From a bacterium (lineage in GTDB: Bacteria; UBA8248), in assembly GCA_965207065.1 (NCBI GenBank), contig OZ242260.1, positions 2,880,001 through 2,944,000 of the forward strand: a stretch of DNA of 64,000 nt, written 5' to 3'. Both the position numbers and the translations under genes were made by a program. The notes beneath the pieces are model-generated. The model saw only the letters and a list, made by a program, of their open reading frames with translations. It was not told where the DNA came from and made no database searches. Positions 1-9,310 of this stretch are shown here, one piece after another. Position 1 is the first letter of the stretch; every line of letters starts with the position of its first letter.

Positions 1-1080
1 CAGGCGAGGGTGAAAACCTCGCGCAGGAGCCTGAAGATCCGGCTCGGGCGCGGGCGCTCCAAAGGAAAGGATGTCGTTCAGATTAGCGGCTTGTTTCCGG
101 CGGGGATCAGAATGAAGCTGTACCGGGTGCCCGTCACGGACCCCACCGCCTACACCGCCGGCGCAGTCGCAGTCGAATTGGAGAGGCAGGGAATCGCCTT
201 GAAGGGCGGAATCCGGCGGGCCGCCACGCCGCCGGATGCGAAGCTTCTCGCGCGAAACCTCTCGCCGCAATTGAGCGAGGTGGTGAGCGGACTCAACAAG
301 TTCAGCAACAATTTCGTGGCCGAACAGGTTCTCAAGACAATGGGCGCCGAGACGCACGGCGCGCCGGGCACGGCGGAAAAAGGCCTGCGCGTCGTGCGGG
401 ATTTTCTGATCTCCACCGGCGTCTCCGCGAAAGAGATCGCCCTCGCCGACGGTTCGGGCTTGAGCCGGATGAACCGCGCCTCGCCCCGCGCTCTGGCCAC
501 TCTGCTCGAAGCGGCGCACAACGATTTCAGGCTGCGGCCGGAGTTCATGGCGTCGCTGGCCGTATTCGGCGTCGACGGGACAGTGAAGAAAAGACGCCGC
601 CGGGGAGTCAAATCGCGCCGGGTGCGGGTGAAGACGGGCGTGTTGAACGGCGTGCGCGCCTTCAGCGGATATGCGGCCGCCGGAAACGGGGAAATTCTCG
701 CATTCTCTGTTCTCATGAACGGGAACGCCTGCCGGCCCAAAAGCCTCACGGGTGAGGTGGTTCGCGCAATGGTTTCTTTGAAGCGGAGCTTTTCGAATCC
801 CGTGAACGCTCATCTCAGGGGGGCTCGGGAGATAATGGCGCGCTCCATGCCGAAGCCTTCCATCAGAGACGGGTGGCGCAGACGCTCCTCTCCGCGGGCG
901 GGCCCGGCCGAAGAGGATGATTTCGAGGAGCTTGGCCCGGGAATCGCTCCGGTCGCCGAATCGCCCCTGGACGATTCCCCCGACGAATTGTCTATGGAGA
1001 ATTCCGAAGAAGCAGTCCCGGCGGAAGGTGGCGCCGCGTGGCCCTCGAAAAACGCCCCGCGCGGGCGCAGTCGTGAGTAA
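1..1080 (+). CDS. dacB: D-alanyl-D-alanine carboxypeptidase/endopeptidase (PBP4, peptidase S13), 5' partial
   Basis: Frame is open from base 1. SxN motif (KFSNNFVAE), DGSGLSRxN and KTG motifs are present. The SxxK motif would lie upstream of the window. Confidence 0.88.
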   Translation, partial: QARVKTSRRSLKIRLGRGRSKGKDVVQISGLFPAGIRMKLYRVPVTDPTAYTAGAVAVELERQGIALKGGIRRAATPPDAKLLARNLSPQLSEVVSGLNKFSNNFVAEQVLKTMGAETHGAPGTAEKGLRVVRDFLISTGVSAKEIALADGSGLSRMNRASPRALATLLEAAHNDFRLRPEFMASLAVFGVDGTVKKRRRRGVKSRRVRVKTGVLNGVRAFSGYAAAGNGEILAFSVLMNGNACRPKSLTGEVVRAMVSLKRSFSNPVNAHLRGAREIMARSMPKPSIRDGWRRRSSPRAGPAEEDDFEELGPGIAPVAESPLDDSPDELSMENSEEAVPAEGGAAWPSKNAPRGRSRE

Positions 1081-1159
1081 CCTGTGAGCGATACGCTTTT
1101 TCGGGGCAGACTCTCCCGGCGTGGCGGCTATGGGTGGAGCAGGGGAGCATGAAGAGCCG

Positions 1160-2950
1160 ATGAGCGATTCCACAGGCCCGCTCGCGCATCCCCGCAAGTG
1201 GACTCTGCGCCCCGTCGATAAAGAGTCAGCCGAAAAACTTTCCCGGGAGTTGAACGTCCCCCCTTTGATGGGAAAACTTCTCGCGCAAAGGGGAATTCAA
1301 GACCCCGATGAGGCGCGCAAGTTCCTGGACGCCCCCCTCGCGGGATTGCATGACCCGTTTCTGATGAAAGGGATGGAAGAAGCTGTCTCCCACCTCCTGG
1401 GGCCGATAAGAAACCGACGCCCCATCGGCGTTTATGGGGATTACGATGTGGACGGCATCTCCGCCACGGCGCTCCTGTGCCGGTTTTTCTCCCAGGTGGG
1501 CGTGAGGACTCCCTACTACATTCCGAATCGCCTGGATGAGGGATACGGCCTGCACCGCAAGGGTCTGGAAAAGCTCAAGGAGGCGGGCTGCGACACGGTG
1601 GTGACGGTCGACTGCGGTATCAGCGCGCATTCCGCCGCCAGAGAAGCCGAACAGATGGGTTTGCGGCTCATCATCACCGATCATCACCGCCCGCCGGACG
1701 AGTTGCCGCCCTCCGTGGCCGTCCTGAATCCCGGCCAGATGGGTTGTGAATATCCTTTCCGAGGACTCAGCGGGGTCGGGGTCGCGTTCAAACTTGTCAC
1801 CGCCGTGAGAAGGCGTTTGCATGAAGGCGGATTCACGGCGCCGCTGCCGAACCTCAAGCAGCATCTGGACCTGGTGGCGCTGGGCACGGTGGCCGACGTG
1901 GTCCCACTCAGGGATGAGAATCACATTTTCGTGCGCCACGGGCTCGAGATTCTCTCGCCCCCCGAAGTGGCCGAAGGCGGGTTCGAGACCCTGGATCGGA
2001 GAAAGGCGGGAATCCGCGCATTGCAGGCGGCGGCGAATCTGAAAGCCGGAGCGCTCAACGTCGGGCACATCTCCTTCATGATCGCGCCGAGGCTGAACGC
2101 GGCAGGGCGGGTGGGAGAAGCTTCCTTCGGCGTCGAGCTTCTCACCGCAGACGACGAGGGCGAGGCGCGCTCGCGCGCGGAGGTGCTCGAAGAGTGGAAC
2201 CGGCAGCGCCAGAATTTGCAGCAACAAGCCTGGGAGGAGGCGAAGGCCCTCATGGAAACTTCGGGAGCCGACGCCCGGGATGATGCCATCGTGCTCGCGA
2301 GCGACAAATGGCATCCCGGCGTGGTGGGCATCGTGGCCTCAAAACTCGTGGAGGAGTATCACCAGCCTTCGGTTCTCATCCACTTAAAGGACGGGGTGGG
2401 CAAGGGTTCCGTTCGCTCCGCCATGGGTCTTCATGTTTACGATGCGCTCGATTACTGCTCGGACCTTTTGATTCAGTTCGGCGGACACAAGGGCGCCGCG
2501 GGCCTCAAGGTGGCGGAAGAGAAGATAGACGTATTCAGAGAATGCTTCCGGGAGGTGATTCGCGGGATGAAGAAGACCGGGGCGGATGAGCGCGAACTCT
2601 TGCTCGACGACCGCGTCGATTTTTCCGAGATGGACGTGCCTCTCCTGGAGCAACTCGAGGGCATGGCGCCTTTCGGGGAGGAGAACCCACGGCCTGTGTT
2701 CTGCGCCTCCCGGGTCGAAGTGGCCGGCAGTCCCGGCGCGGTGGGCCGCGAGAGAGAACACCTGAAGATGAACTTGCGCCAGTTCCGCGACGAGAGAGAA
2801 GCCATCGGCTTCGGCATGGGGGCGCTGCTCAAGGAGCCGGAGCGTTTGAAGGGCAAGCTCGACGTCGCGTTTTCACCCGGCCTGAACCGCTGGCGCGGCA
2901 ACACCAGGGTGCAGCTTGAACTCCGCGCCATCCGCCCGGCGGGCGGCTAA
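1160..2950 (+). CDS. recJ: Single-stranded DNA-specific exonuclease RecJ
   Basis: GDYDVDG, PNRLDEGYG, TVDCG, TDHH, LGTVADVVPL, PRLNAAGR, GGHxxAAG and PFGEEN motifs. The start could also be the GTG at 1121. Confidence 0.96.
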   Translation: MSDSTGPLAHPRKWTLRPVDKESAEKLSRELNVPPLMGKLLAQRGIQDPDEARKFLDAPLAGLHDPFLMKGMEEAVSHLLGPIRNRRPIGVYGDYDVDGISATALLCRFFSQVGVRTPYYIPNRLDEGYGLHRKGLEKLKEAGCDTVVTVDCGISAHSAAREAEQMGLRLIITDHHRPPDELPPSVAVLNPGQMGCEYPFRGLSGVGVAFKLVTAVRRRLHEGGFTAPLPNLKQHLDLVALGTVADVVPLRDENHIFVRHGLEILSPPEVAEGGFETLDRRKAGIRALQAAANLKAGALNVGHISFMIAPRLNAAGRVGEASFGVELLTADDEGEARSRAEVLEEWNRQRQNLQQQAWEEAKALMETSGADARDDAIVLASDKWHPGVVGIVASKLVEEYHQPSVLIHLKDGVGKGSVRSAMGLHVYDALDYCSDLLIQFGGHKGAAGLKVAEEKIDVFRECFREVIRGMKKTGADERELLLDDRVDFSEMDVPLLEQLEGMAPFGEENPRPVFCASRVEVAGSPGAVGREREHLKMNLRQFRDEREAIGFGMGALLKEPERLKGKLDVAFSPGLNRWRGNTRVQLELRAIRPAGG

Positions 2951-4107
2951 CCGAAGAGGGTTTCGAGCGACTCCCTGTCGTCGGGCTTCATCAAGAACTC
3001 GCTCAATTCATTTAAGTTCAGGTTCTTGGACAGCAGCAACACCTTGATGGCGCCGCCCAGGCCGGTGGGGTCCATGATTCCCATGACGGATTGGCGCTCG
3101 CGCCTCGCTTTTTCTTCATCCTCGGTCTTCCAGTTTTCCACCGCCTTCGGTAGCCCGGCGCCCAGAAGAAAGCGCGTCTGGTCGGTGAAGCCCGCGAGCT
3201 CCATGCCGTGTGACGCAGCGGTTCGCAGGATGGAGGTGAAGTCGACGTGGGTGGTGAGGTCGGTTTCCCCGGGGCGGGAGAGTACGTCGCTCACGAGGGT
3301 GTGGTTTCTGTAGCCGCGCAGCGCGCCCTCGGGTCGGCTGGAGCCGTAGAGGACTCTTGCGGAGAAGCCGTAGTCGAAGATAAGAATGGCGCCCCGCTCC
3401 ATCCGGCGCGCCACCTCGCTCACCCAGTCGAAGGCGCACAGGTTCACTTCCGCCATCTGGCCCGTGGATAGCCGCACACCCAAATCGGGGAACCAGTTGC
3501 TTAAGCGCTCATCGGCAAGCGGACCTTCTAAAAACTGAAGCTTCTCGCCGCTTTGCTCCACGTATCTTTCTCGTAGATGCCCCTCTTTTTGAATAATGAC
3601 GTGGACGGGCAGGGCGTCCAGGAACTCATGGGCGAGCACGACGCCCTCGAAGCCCGGAGGCGGGTGCTGCGTTGGGTCAGAGAATCGTATGTTGTCGGTA
3701 TCTTGAAATTTTTCCCGTATCCGCGCTTGGGCCTGCGCGCTCTGCTCGGCGAAGGTATAGGCGACGGCCTGGTGGAGAGCCGAATGCGAGGAGTGAATCG
3801 CCTCCAGGATGTCGAAGGCGAGCCATCCTTCCCCGGGGCCGTATTCCCAGAGGTGAAGGGTGGGCGGCTCGTCCATGCGGAGCCTGATTTTCTCGAGCAG
3901 CGGCGCAATCATCCGCCCGAGCCAGGGGCTTTGGTGAGGCGAGGTGTAGAAATCGCCACCGGGGCCGATTCGTGGGCTGTCCCGGCAGTAATAGCCGCCC
4001 GTGGGATGATAGAGGGCGACCTCCATGAAGTGCCGAAATGAAATGGGACCGGTTTCGAGCGCATCCGCAAAGGCTTTGGACAGTTCGGGATGAGAGGCGA
4101 TTTTCAT
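2947..4107 (-). CDS. SAM-dependent methyltransferase, MidA/NDUFAF7 family
   Basis: FM(E)VALY..GYY, GDFYTSP, EYGPGEG, HEFLDALP, DYG and DLTTHVDF motifs. Start placed at MKIASH. Confidence 0.88.
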   Translation of the reverse strand: MKIASHPELSKAFADALETGPISFRHFMEVALYHPTGGYYCRDSPRIGPGGDFYTSPHQSPWLGRMIAPLLEKIRLRMDEPPTLHLWEYGPGEGWLAFDILEAIHSSHSALHQAVAYTFAEQSAQAQARIREKFQDTDNIRFSDPTQHPPPGFEGVVLAHEFLDALPVHVIIQKEGHLRERYVEQSGEKLQFLEGPLADERLSNWFPDLGVRLSTGQMAEVNLCAFDWVSEVARRMERGAILIFDYGFSARVLYGSSRPEGALRGYRNHTLVSDVLSRPGETDLTTHVDFTSILRTAASHGMELAGFTDQTRFLLGAGLPKAVENWKTEDEEKARRERQSVMGIMDPTGLGGAIKVLLLSKNLNLNELSEFLMKPDDRESLETLFG

Positions 4108-4238
4108 GGCGCGAAGTATACACGCCATATGAAAGGAGAAGAACGGGGCAGGAGGGAGCGCCCCTTGATTCCGCCTGTCGGAATATCTATCATCCCAAGA
4201 AGAGTTGACTAATTTCAGCATCACGAGAGAGGAGCCGC

Positions 4239-4490
4239 ATGAAAGTTCGCGTCAAGTGCTTCGCCTGGGCCAAAGAGGTGACGGGCGAGGAGGAAATCGA
4301 CCTCGAAGTGCCCGAAAGCGCAACGGTGGCCGATTTGAGGGATAGCCTCGCCGAGCGGTTTCCTGTTTTCTCCGGGCGCATGGAGTCCATCGCCGTCTCC
4401 GTGAACCAGGAGTTCGCGGGCGAGGGCACGCCAGTGGATGCGGGCGATGAGTTGGCGCTGATCCCGCCCATCAGCGGAGGTTGCGCATGA
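4239..4490 (+). CDS. moaD: Molybdopterin synthase sulfur carrier subunit (ends GG-CA)
   Basis: Ubiquitin-like pattern FAW.KE...VSVNQEF...GDELALIPPISGG. RBS GAGGAG upstream. Overlaps moaE by ATGA. Confidence 0.9.
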   Translation: MKVRVKCFAWAKEVTGEEEIDLEVPESATVADLRDSLAERFPVFSGRMESIAVSVNQEFAGEGTPVDAGDELALIPPISGGCA

Positions 4491-4948
4491 TTTGCCGCAT
4501 CACGGATTCCCCCGTCGACATGGACGAGTTGACGGACAGCCTCGATTCTCCCGAACTGGGCGGGCTCTGCACGTTCGTGGGCAAGGTGCGCAACCACAGC
4601 GCGGGGCAGGGGGTCACGCATCTCGAGTATCACGCCTATCCCGAGATGGCGGAGAAGAAGATGCGCCAGGTCGCCGGGGAGATCGAAGAGCGCTTCGGCG
4701 TCACCCACCTGGCCATGGCCCACCGGGTGGGAACGCTCGCAATCGGCGATATCGCCGTAGGCATCGCGGCGGCCTCGGCCCACCGGGACGCTGCCTTCAA
4801 GGCGTGCCGCTACGCGATCGACCGCATCAAGCAGATCGTTCCGATATGGAAGAAGGAGTTCGGCGAAGACGGCGTGGCATGGGTCGAGGGCTGCGCCGTG
4901 GACGCCGAGACGGCGGAGCCTCAAAAAGCGCAAAATCAGCGCGTTTGA
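4487..4948 (+). CDS. moaE: Molybdopterin synthase catalytic subunit
   Basis: FVGKVRN, LEYHAYPEMA, HRVG, SAHR, IDRIK and PIWKKE motifs. Confidence 0.95.
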   Translation: MICRITDSPVDMDELTDSLDSPELGGLCTFVGKVRNHSAGQGVTHLEYHAYPEMAEKKMRQVAGEIEERFGVTHLAMAHRVGTLAIGDIAVGIAAASAHRDAAFKACRYAIDRIKQIVPIWKKEFGEDGVAWVEGCAVDAETAEPQKAQNQRV

Positions 4949-4972
4949 CTTTTTTCCCCTTCCGGCTAGAAT
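4945..4972 (+). promoter_or_regulatory. Putative sigma70 promoter for the ABC binding-protein cluster
   Basis: TTGACT-N16-TAGAAT upstream of the CDS at 5161. Confidence 0.5.
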
Positions 4973-5160
4973 TTAACTATACCCACAGAGAATTGCGCCT
5001 GGAGATGGCGTTTGATGTCTATGACGTATTTTTCGTTCCATAGTTATTGATTACGCACATATAGAGCTTCGTTTCATCCTGCTTTGGAAACATTTGAAGA
5101 AAGGGCGGATTTACCGCTGCGAGATTCAATGTTTTTCCCACCTAGCAAGGAGGATAGAAA

Positions 5161-6354
5161 ATGAAAATGGCTCGCATCTTCATTACAATCGCATTTTTGG
5201 TGACGACGGCGTTCTTCGCCAGCCCGGTACTGGCTGCGAACGAAATCCACTTCGGCGGAGCCATCTCCCAGACGGGCCGCTATGCGGAGCCTGCCGGCAG
5301 GTTCGTCAACGCCTACAAGCTGTACATCGATCAGGTAAACGCCAAGGGCGGTCTGCTGGGTAAGAAGATTAAAGTCACTCTCCTGGACGACAAATCGGAC
5401 AAGCAGACCAGCATCAAGCTCTACGAGAAGCTCATCACGCAGGATAAGGTCGCCATCACGCTCGGCCCCTACTCGAGCGGCATCACCGACGCGGTGGCCA
5501 ACGTGCTGGAACGGTACAAGTACCCCACGCTGGCGCCGGGCGCCTCCTCGGGCATCATCTGGAAAAAAGGCAGAAAATATCTTTTCAACCAGAACGCCAT
5601 CGCCCAGAACTATCAAAGGGGCGCCGTTTTCATGGCGAAAGATATCGGCGTGAAGCGAATCGCCATCGTCGGCGAGGACAGCCTCTTCCCGCGCCAGTCG
5701 GCCGAGGGCGCCGTGGAGTGGGCGAAGAAACTCGGCATCGAGGTCGTGCTGAACGAGAACTATACGCGCAAGCAGACCGACTTCACCGCATTGTTGCAGA
5801 AAATCAAGGCGCGCCGCGCTGAGGCGCTCATCTCGAACAGCTATTTCGCGGATTCCGTGGCCCAGATTCGCCAGCTTCGGGAACTGAACATCAACCTCAA
5901 GATTTTCGCCGGAACCGTCGGCCCGGGTCTGCCCAAGTTCGCCAAACAGCTTGGCCCCACGGCCGAGTACGTTCTGGGCTTCAGCCAGTGGGAGCCTCGC
6001 CCCGAGATCCTGAAGTTCCCGGGCATGAAGCATTTCATCGACTCCTATGTGAAGCGTCACGGCGTCAAGCCGAACTACCACGCCGGAATCGCCTGGGTAT
6101 CGATGCAGGTTATGAGTCAGGCGATAAAAAAGGCGGGCTCTTTCGATCGCCAGAAGGTCTGGGGTACGTTGCGCACATCACAGTTCCAGACCATCATGGG
6201 GAAATGGAAGGTGGATAAGAACAACCTCAACGATCATGATGGAGTGACCTTCCAGATTCTCGACGGCCAGCGCAAGATCGTCTGGCCGAAGAGTATCGCG
6301 GAAGTCCCCTACAAACTGCCGATGCCGAAATGGAACGAGAGGTCCAAGAACTAG
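5161..6354 (+). CDS. Branched-chain amino acid-type ABC transporter substrate-binding protein (paralogue 1)
   Basis: Signal peptide, SQTGRYA, DDKSD, GPYSS and TDFTALLQKIK. RBS AGGAGG. LivK/LivJ-like type 1 binding fold. Confidence 0.9.
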   Translation: MKMARIFITIAFLVTTAFFASPVLAANEIHFGGAISQTGRYAEPAGRFVNAYKLYIDQVNAKGGLLGKKIKVTLLDDKSDKQTSIKLYEKLITQDKVAITLGPYSSGITDAVANVLERYKYPTLAPGASSGIIWKKGRKYLFNQNAIAQNYQRGAVFMAKDIGVKRIAIVGEDSLFPRQSAEGAVEWAKKLGIEVVLNENYTRKQTDFTALLQKIKARRAEALISNSYFADSVAQIRQLRELNINLKIFAGTVGPGLPKFAKQLGPTAEYVLGFSQWEPRPEILKFPGMKHFIDSYVKRHGVKPNYHAGIAWVSMQVMSQAIKKAGSFDRQKVWGTLRTSQFQTIMGKWKVDKNNLNDHDGVTFQILDGQRKIVWPKSIAEVPYKLPMPKWNERSKN

Positions 6355-6448
6355 GCAGGCGGCGTGTATGGCGAAGGTTGTTTAACCTTGGCGCGCCGAT
6401 TTGTAATGGCGGCGCAACCTTTGAATATCCATAAGAGGAGGATCGGAG

Positions 6449-7645
6449 ATGAAGAAAAGCCTTATTTTGTTTTTCGGCTTTGCTCTCGCCCTCACGGCCG
6501 CTCCCTTTGTGGAGAAAGGCTTCGCGGCGGACAAGGTAACCTTGGGAATCGCCATTTCGCAGACGGGTCGCTACGCCGAGCCCGCCGGACGTATGGTGAA
6601 CTCCTACAATCTGTATGTGGATCAGATGAACGCCAAGGGTGGTTGGATCGGCAAGAAAATCGATATGGTCATCCTGGACGACAAATCTGACAAGCAGACC
6701 AGCATCAAGCTCTACGAGAAGCTCATCACGCAGGACAAGGTGAACCTGACCATGGGCCCCTACTCCAGCGGCATCACCGACGCCGTGGCCAACGTGCTGG
6801 AAAGGTACAAGTACCCCACGATGGCGCCGGGCGCCGCCTCAGGCATCATCTGGAAGAAAGGCCGCAAGTATCTCTTCGACATCATCGCCGTCGCCCAGGA
6901 CTACCAGAAGGGCGCGCTCCACATCGCCAAGGACATCGGCGTGAAAAAAATCGCCATCGTCGGCGAGGACAGCCTCTTCCCGCGCCAGTCGGCCGAGGGC
7001 GCCGTGGAGTGGGCGAAGAAACTGGGCCTCGAAGTGGTGCTGAACGAGAACTATCCGCGCAAGCAGACCGACTTCACCGCGCTGCTCCAGAAAATCAAGG
7101 CGCGCCGCGCGGAAGCGCTCATCTCGAACAGCTACTTCGCGGACTCTGCGGCTCAGATTCGCCAGCTTCGCGAGCTAAACATCAACCTCAAGATTTTCGC
7201 CGGAACCGTCGGCCCGGGTCTGCCCAAGTTCGCCAAGCAGCTCGGCAACACGGCGGAATACGTTCTGGGATTCAGCCAGTGGGAGCCGAAGCCGGAAATT
7301 CTCAAACGGCCCGGCATGAGGGAGTTCATCGCGGCGTACGTGAAGCGCTACGGCGTGAAGCCGAACTACCACGCGGGTCAGTCCTATGCGTCCATGCAGG
7401 TTTTCGGCGAGGCGGTGAAACGAGCCGGCTCCTCGGATAGGGACAAGGTGTGGAAGCAGTTGCGCACCATGAGCACTACGACCATCATCGGTCCCTGGAA
7501 AGTGGATGACACCAACATGAACAATCACGAGGGCTTGACCTTCCAGATATTGAATGGCGAACGCAAGATCGTGTGGCCCAAGAAGATATCGGAAGTCAAC
7601 TATAAGCTGCCGATGCCGAAATGGAAGGACAGGGCCAAGAACTAA
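6449..7645 (+). CDS. Branched-chain amino acid-type ABC transporter substrate-binding protein (paralogue 2)
   Basis: Close paralogue of 5161-6354 with its own signal peptide. Confidence 0.9.
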   Translation: MKKSLILFFGFALALTAAPFVEKGFAADKVTLGIAISQTGRYAEPAGRMVNSYNLYVDQMNAKGGWIGKKIDMVILDDKSDKQTSIKLYEKLITQDKVNLTMGPYSSGITDAVANVLERYKYPTMAPGAASGIIWKKGRKYLFDIIAVAQDYQKGALHIAKDIGVKKIAIVGEDSLFPRQSAEGAVEWAKKLGLEVVLNENYPRKQTDFTALLQKIKARRAEALISNSYFADSAAQIRQLRELNINLKIFAGTVGPGLPKFAKQLGNTAEYVLGFSQWEPKPEILKRPGMREFIAAYVKRYGVKPNYHAGQSYASMQVFGEAVKRAGSSDRDKVWKQLRTMSTTTIIGPWKVDDTNMNNHEGLTFQILNGERKIVWPKKISEVNYKLPMPKWKDRAKN

Positions 7646-7784
7646 GAAGGCAAAGGAGATAGGCAAAGGTCGTGATAGCGTAGCAAGTCGACTCCCGCCC
7701 CGCGCGTGGTATTGCGTGGGGCGGGATTTTTGCCGGTGCAATAAACATTTGAGGGTTGTTCATTAATTCTTTATAAAACACCCT

Positions 7785-7812
7785 TTGACATATGAAACAA
7801 TATGCGTATCAT
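7785..7812 (+). promoter_or_regulatory. Putative sigma70 promoter upstream of paralogue 3
   Basis: TTGACA-N16-TATCAT within an AT-rich intergenic region of about 340 bp. Confidence 0.5.
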
Positions 7813-7984
7813 ATCGCACCTATTAAAGGCAAAAATGCGCATTCAGAACTTCGAGAAGTTGATTTTTTCACGAAGAAATAGTCTGAATTACTGCAATGTA
7901 GCCGTTCATTTATGAGTAGTAATTCAAACTTGTTTTTCTGTTGTAAGGCAGTATTATTTGTTTCCATCAAAGGAGTGTAAAGAA

Positions 7985-9181
7985 ATGAAGAAAAGCTTTT
8001 TATTGATTCTCGGCTTTGTTATCGCCCTCACGGCTGCTCCCTTCGTGGAGAAAAGCCACGCGATGGACAAGATCTCTCTGGGTATCGCCATTTCGCAGAC
8101 GGGTCGCTACGCCGAGCCTGCCGGACGTATGGTGAACTCCTACAAACTGTATGTGGATCAGACGAACGCCGGAAAAGGATGGAACGGCAAGAAAATCGAC
8201 TTCATCCTTCTGGACGACAAATCGGACAAGCAGACCAGCATCAAGCTTTACGAGAAGCTCATCACGCAGGACAAGGTGAACCTGACCATCGGCCCCTATT
8301 CCAGCGGCATCACCGACGCCGTGGCCAACGTGCTCGAAAGGTACAAGTACCCCACGATGGCGCCGGGCGCCTCCTCGGGCATCATCTGGAAAAAAGGCCG
8401 CAAGTATCTGTTCAACATCATCGCCATCGCCCAGGACTACCAGAAGGGCGCGATTCACATCGCCAGGGACATCGGCGTGAAAAAAATCGCCATCGTCGGC
8501 GAGGACAGCCTCTTCCCGCGCCAGTCGGCCGAGGGCGCCGTCGAGTGGGCGAAGAAGCTGGGCCTCGAAGTAGTGCTGAACGAGAACTATCCGCGCAAGC
8601 AGACCGACTTCACCGCGCTGCTGCAGAAGATCAAGTCGCGCCGCGCAGAGGCGCTCATCTCGAACAGCTACTTCGCGGACGCCGCTGCGCAGATTCGCCA
8701 GCTTCGCGAGCTCAACATCAACCTCAAGATTTTCGCCGGAACAGTCGGCCCGGGTCTGCCCAAGTTCGCCAAGCAGCTCGGCGACACGGCGGAATACGTT
8801 CTGGGCTTCAGCCAGTGGGAACCGAAGCCGGCCATTCTCAAAAGGCCCGGCATGAAGGAATTCATCGCGGCGTATAAAAAACGCTATGGCGTGAACCCGA
8901 ACTATCATGCGGGTCAGTCTTATGCGTCCCTGCAGATTTTCGGCGACGCGGTGGCGAAAGCCGGCTCCGCGGAGCGGGATAAAGTGTGGAAAGCGTTGCG
9001 CACCATGAAGACCACGACCGTCATCGGTCCCTGGAAGGTGGATGACACCAACCTGAACCAGCATGAAGGCTTGACCTTCCAGATCCTCAACGGCCAGCGC
9101 AAGATCGTGTGGCCCAAGAAGATCTCGGAAGTCCCCTACAAGCTGCCGATGCCGAAGTGGAAGGAAAGAGGCAAGAACTAG
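7985..9181 (+). CDS. Branched-chain amino acid-type ABC transporter substrate-binding protein (paralogue 3)
   Basis: Close paralogue of 6449-7645. Start placed at MKKSFLL after AAGGAG. Confidence 0.9.
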   Translation: MKKSFLLILGFVIALTAAPFVEKSHAMDKISLGIAISQTGRYAEPAGRMVNSYKLYVDQTNAGKGWNGKKIDFILLDDKSDKQTSIKLYEKLITQDKVNLTIGPYSSGITDAVANVLERYKYPTMAPGASSGIIWKKGRKYLFNIIAIAQDYQKGAIHIARDIGVKKIAIVGEDSLFPRQSAEGAVEWAKKLGLEVVLNENYPRKQTDFTALLQKIKSRRAEALISNSYFADAAAQIRQLRELNINLKIFAGTVGPGLPKFAKQLGDTAEYVLGFSQWEPKPAILKRPGMKEFIAAYKKRYGVNPNYHAGQSYASLQIFGDAVAKAGSAERDKVWKALRTMKTTTVIGPWKVDDTNLNQHEGLTFQILNGQRKIVWPKKISEVPYKLPMPKWKERGKN

Positions 9182-9310
9182 GCGGGTTGCATGAAAGGCG
9201 AAAATGCCATAAACACTTGAACTTTCGCGCCGGGGCTGTTAAAAGCGGCTCCGGCGCGAAGGCGAAAGTATCCGGAGTTTTTGTGTAGCATTTCGAGGAC
9301 TTGATTTCTC

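Noticed and set aside
4488-4545. Selenocysteine readthrough of the moaD TGA (GG-C-A-U)
   Set aside because: Readthrough gives only a short, non-conserved-looking tail overlapping moaE out of frame. The ATGA overlap is explained by ordinary translational coupling.
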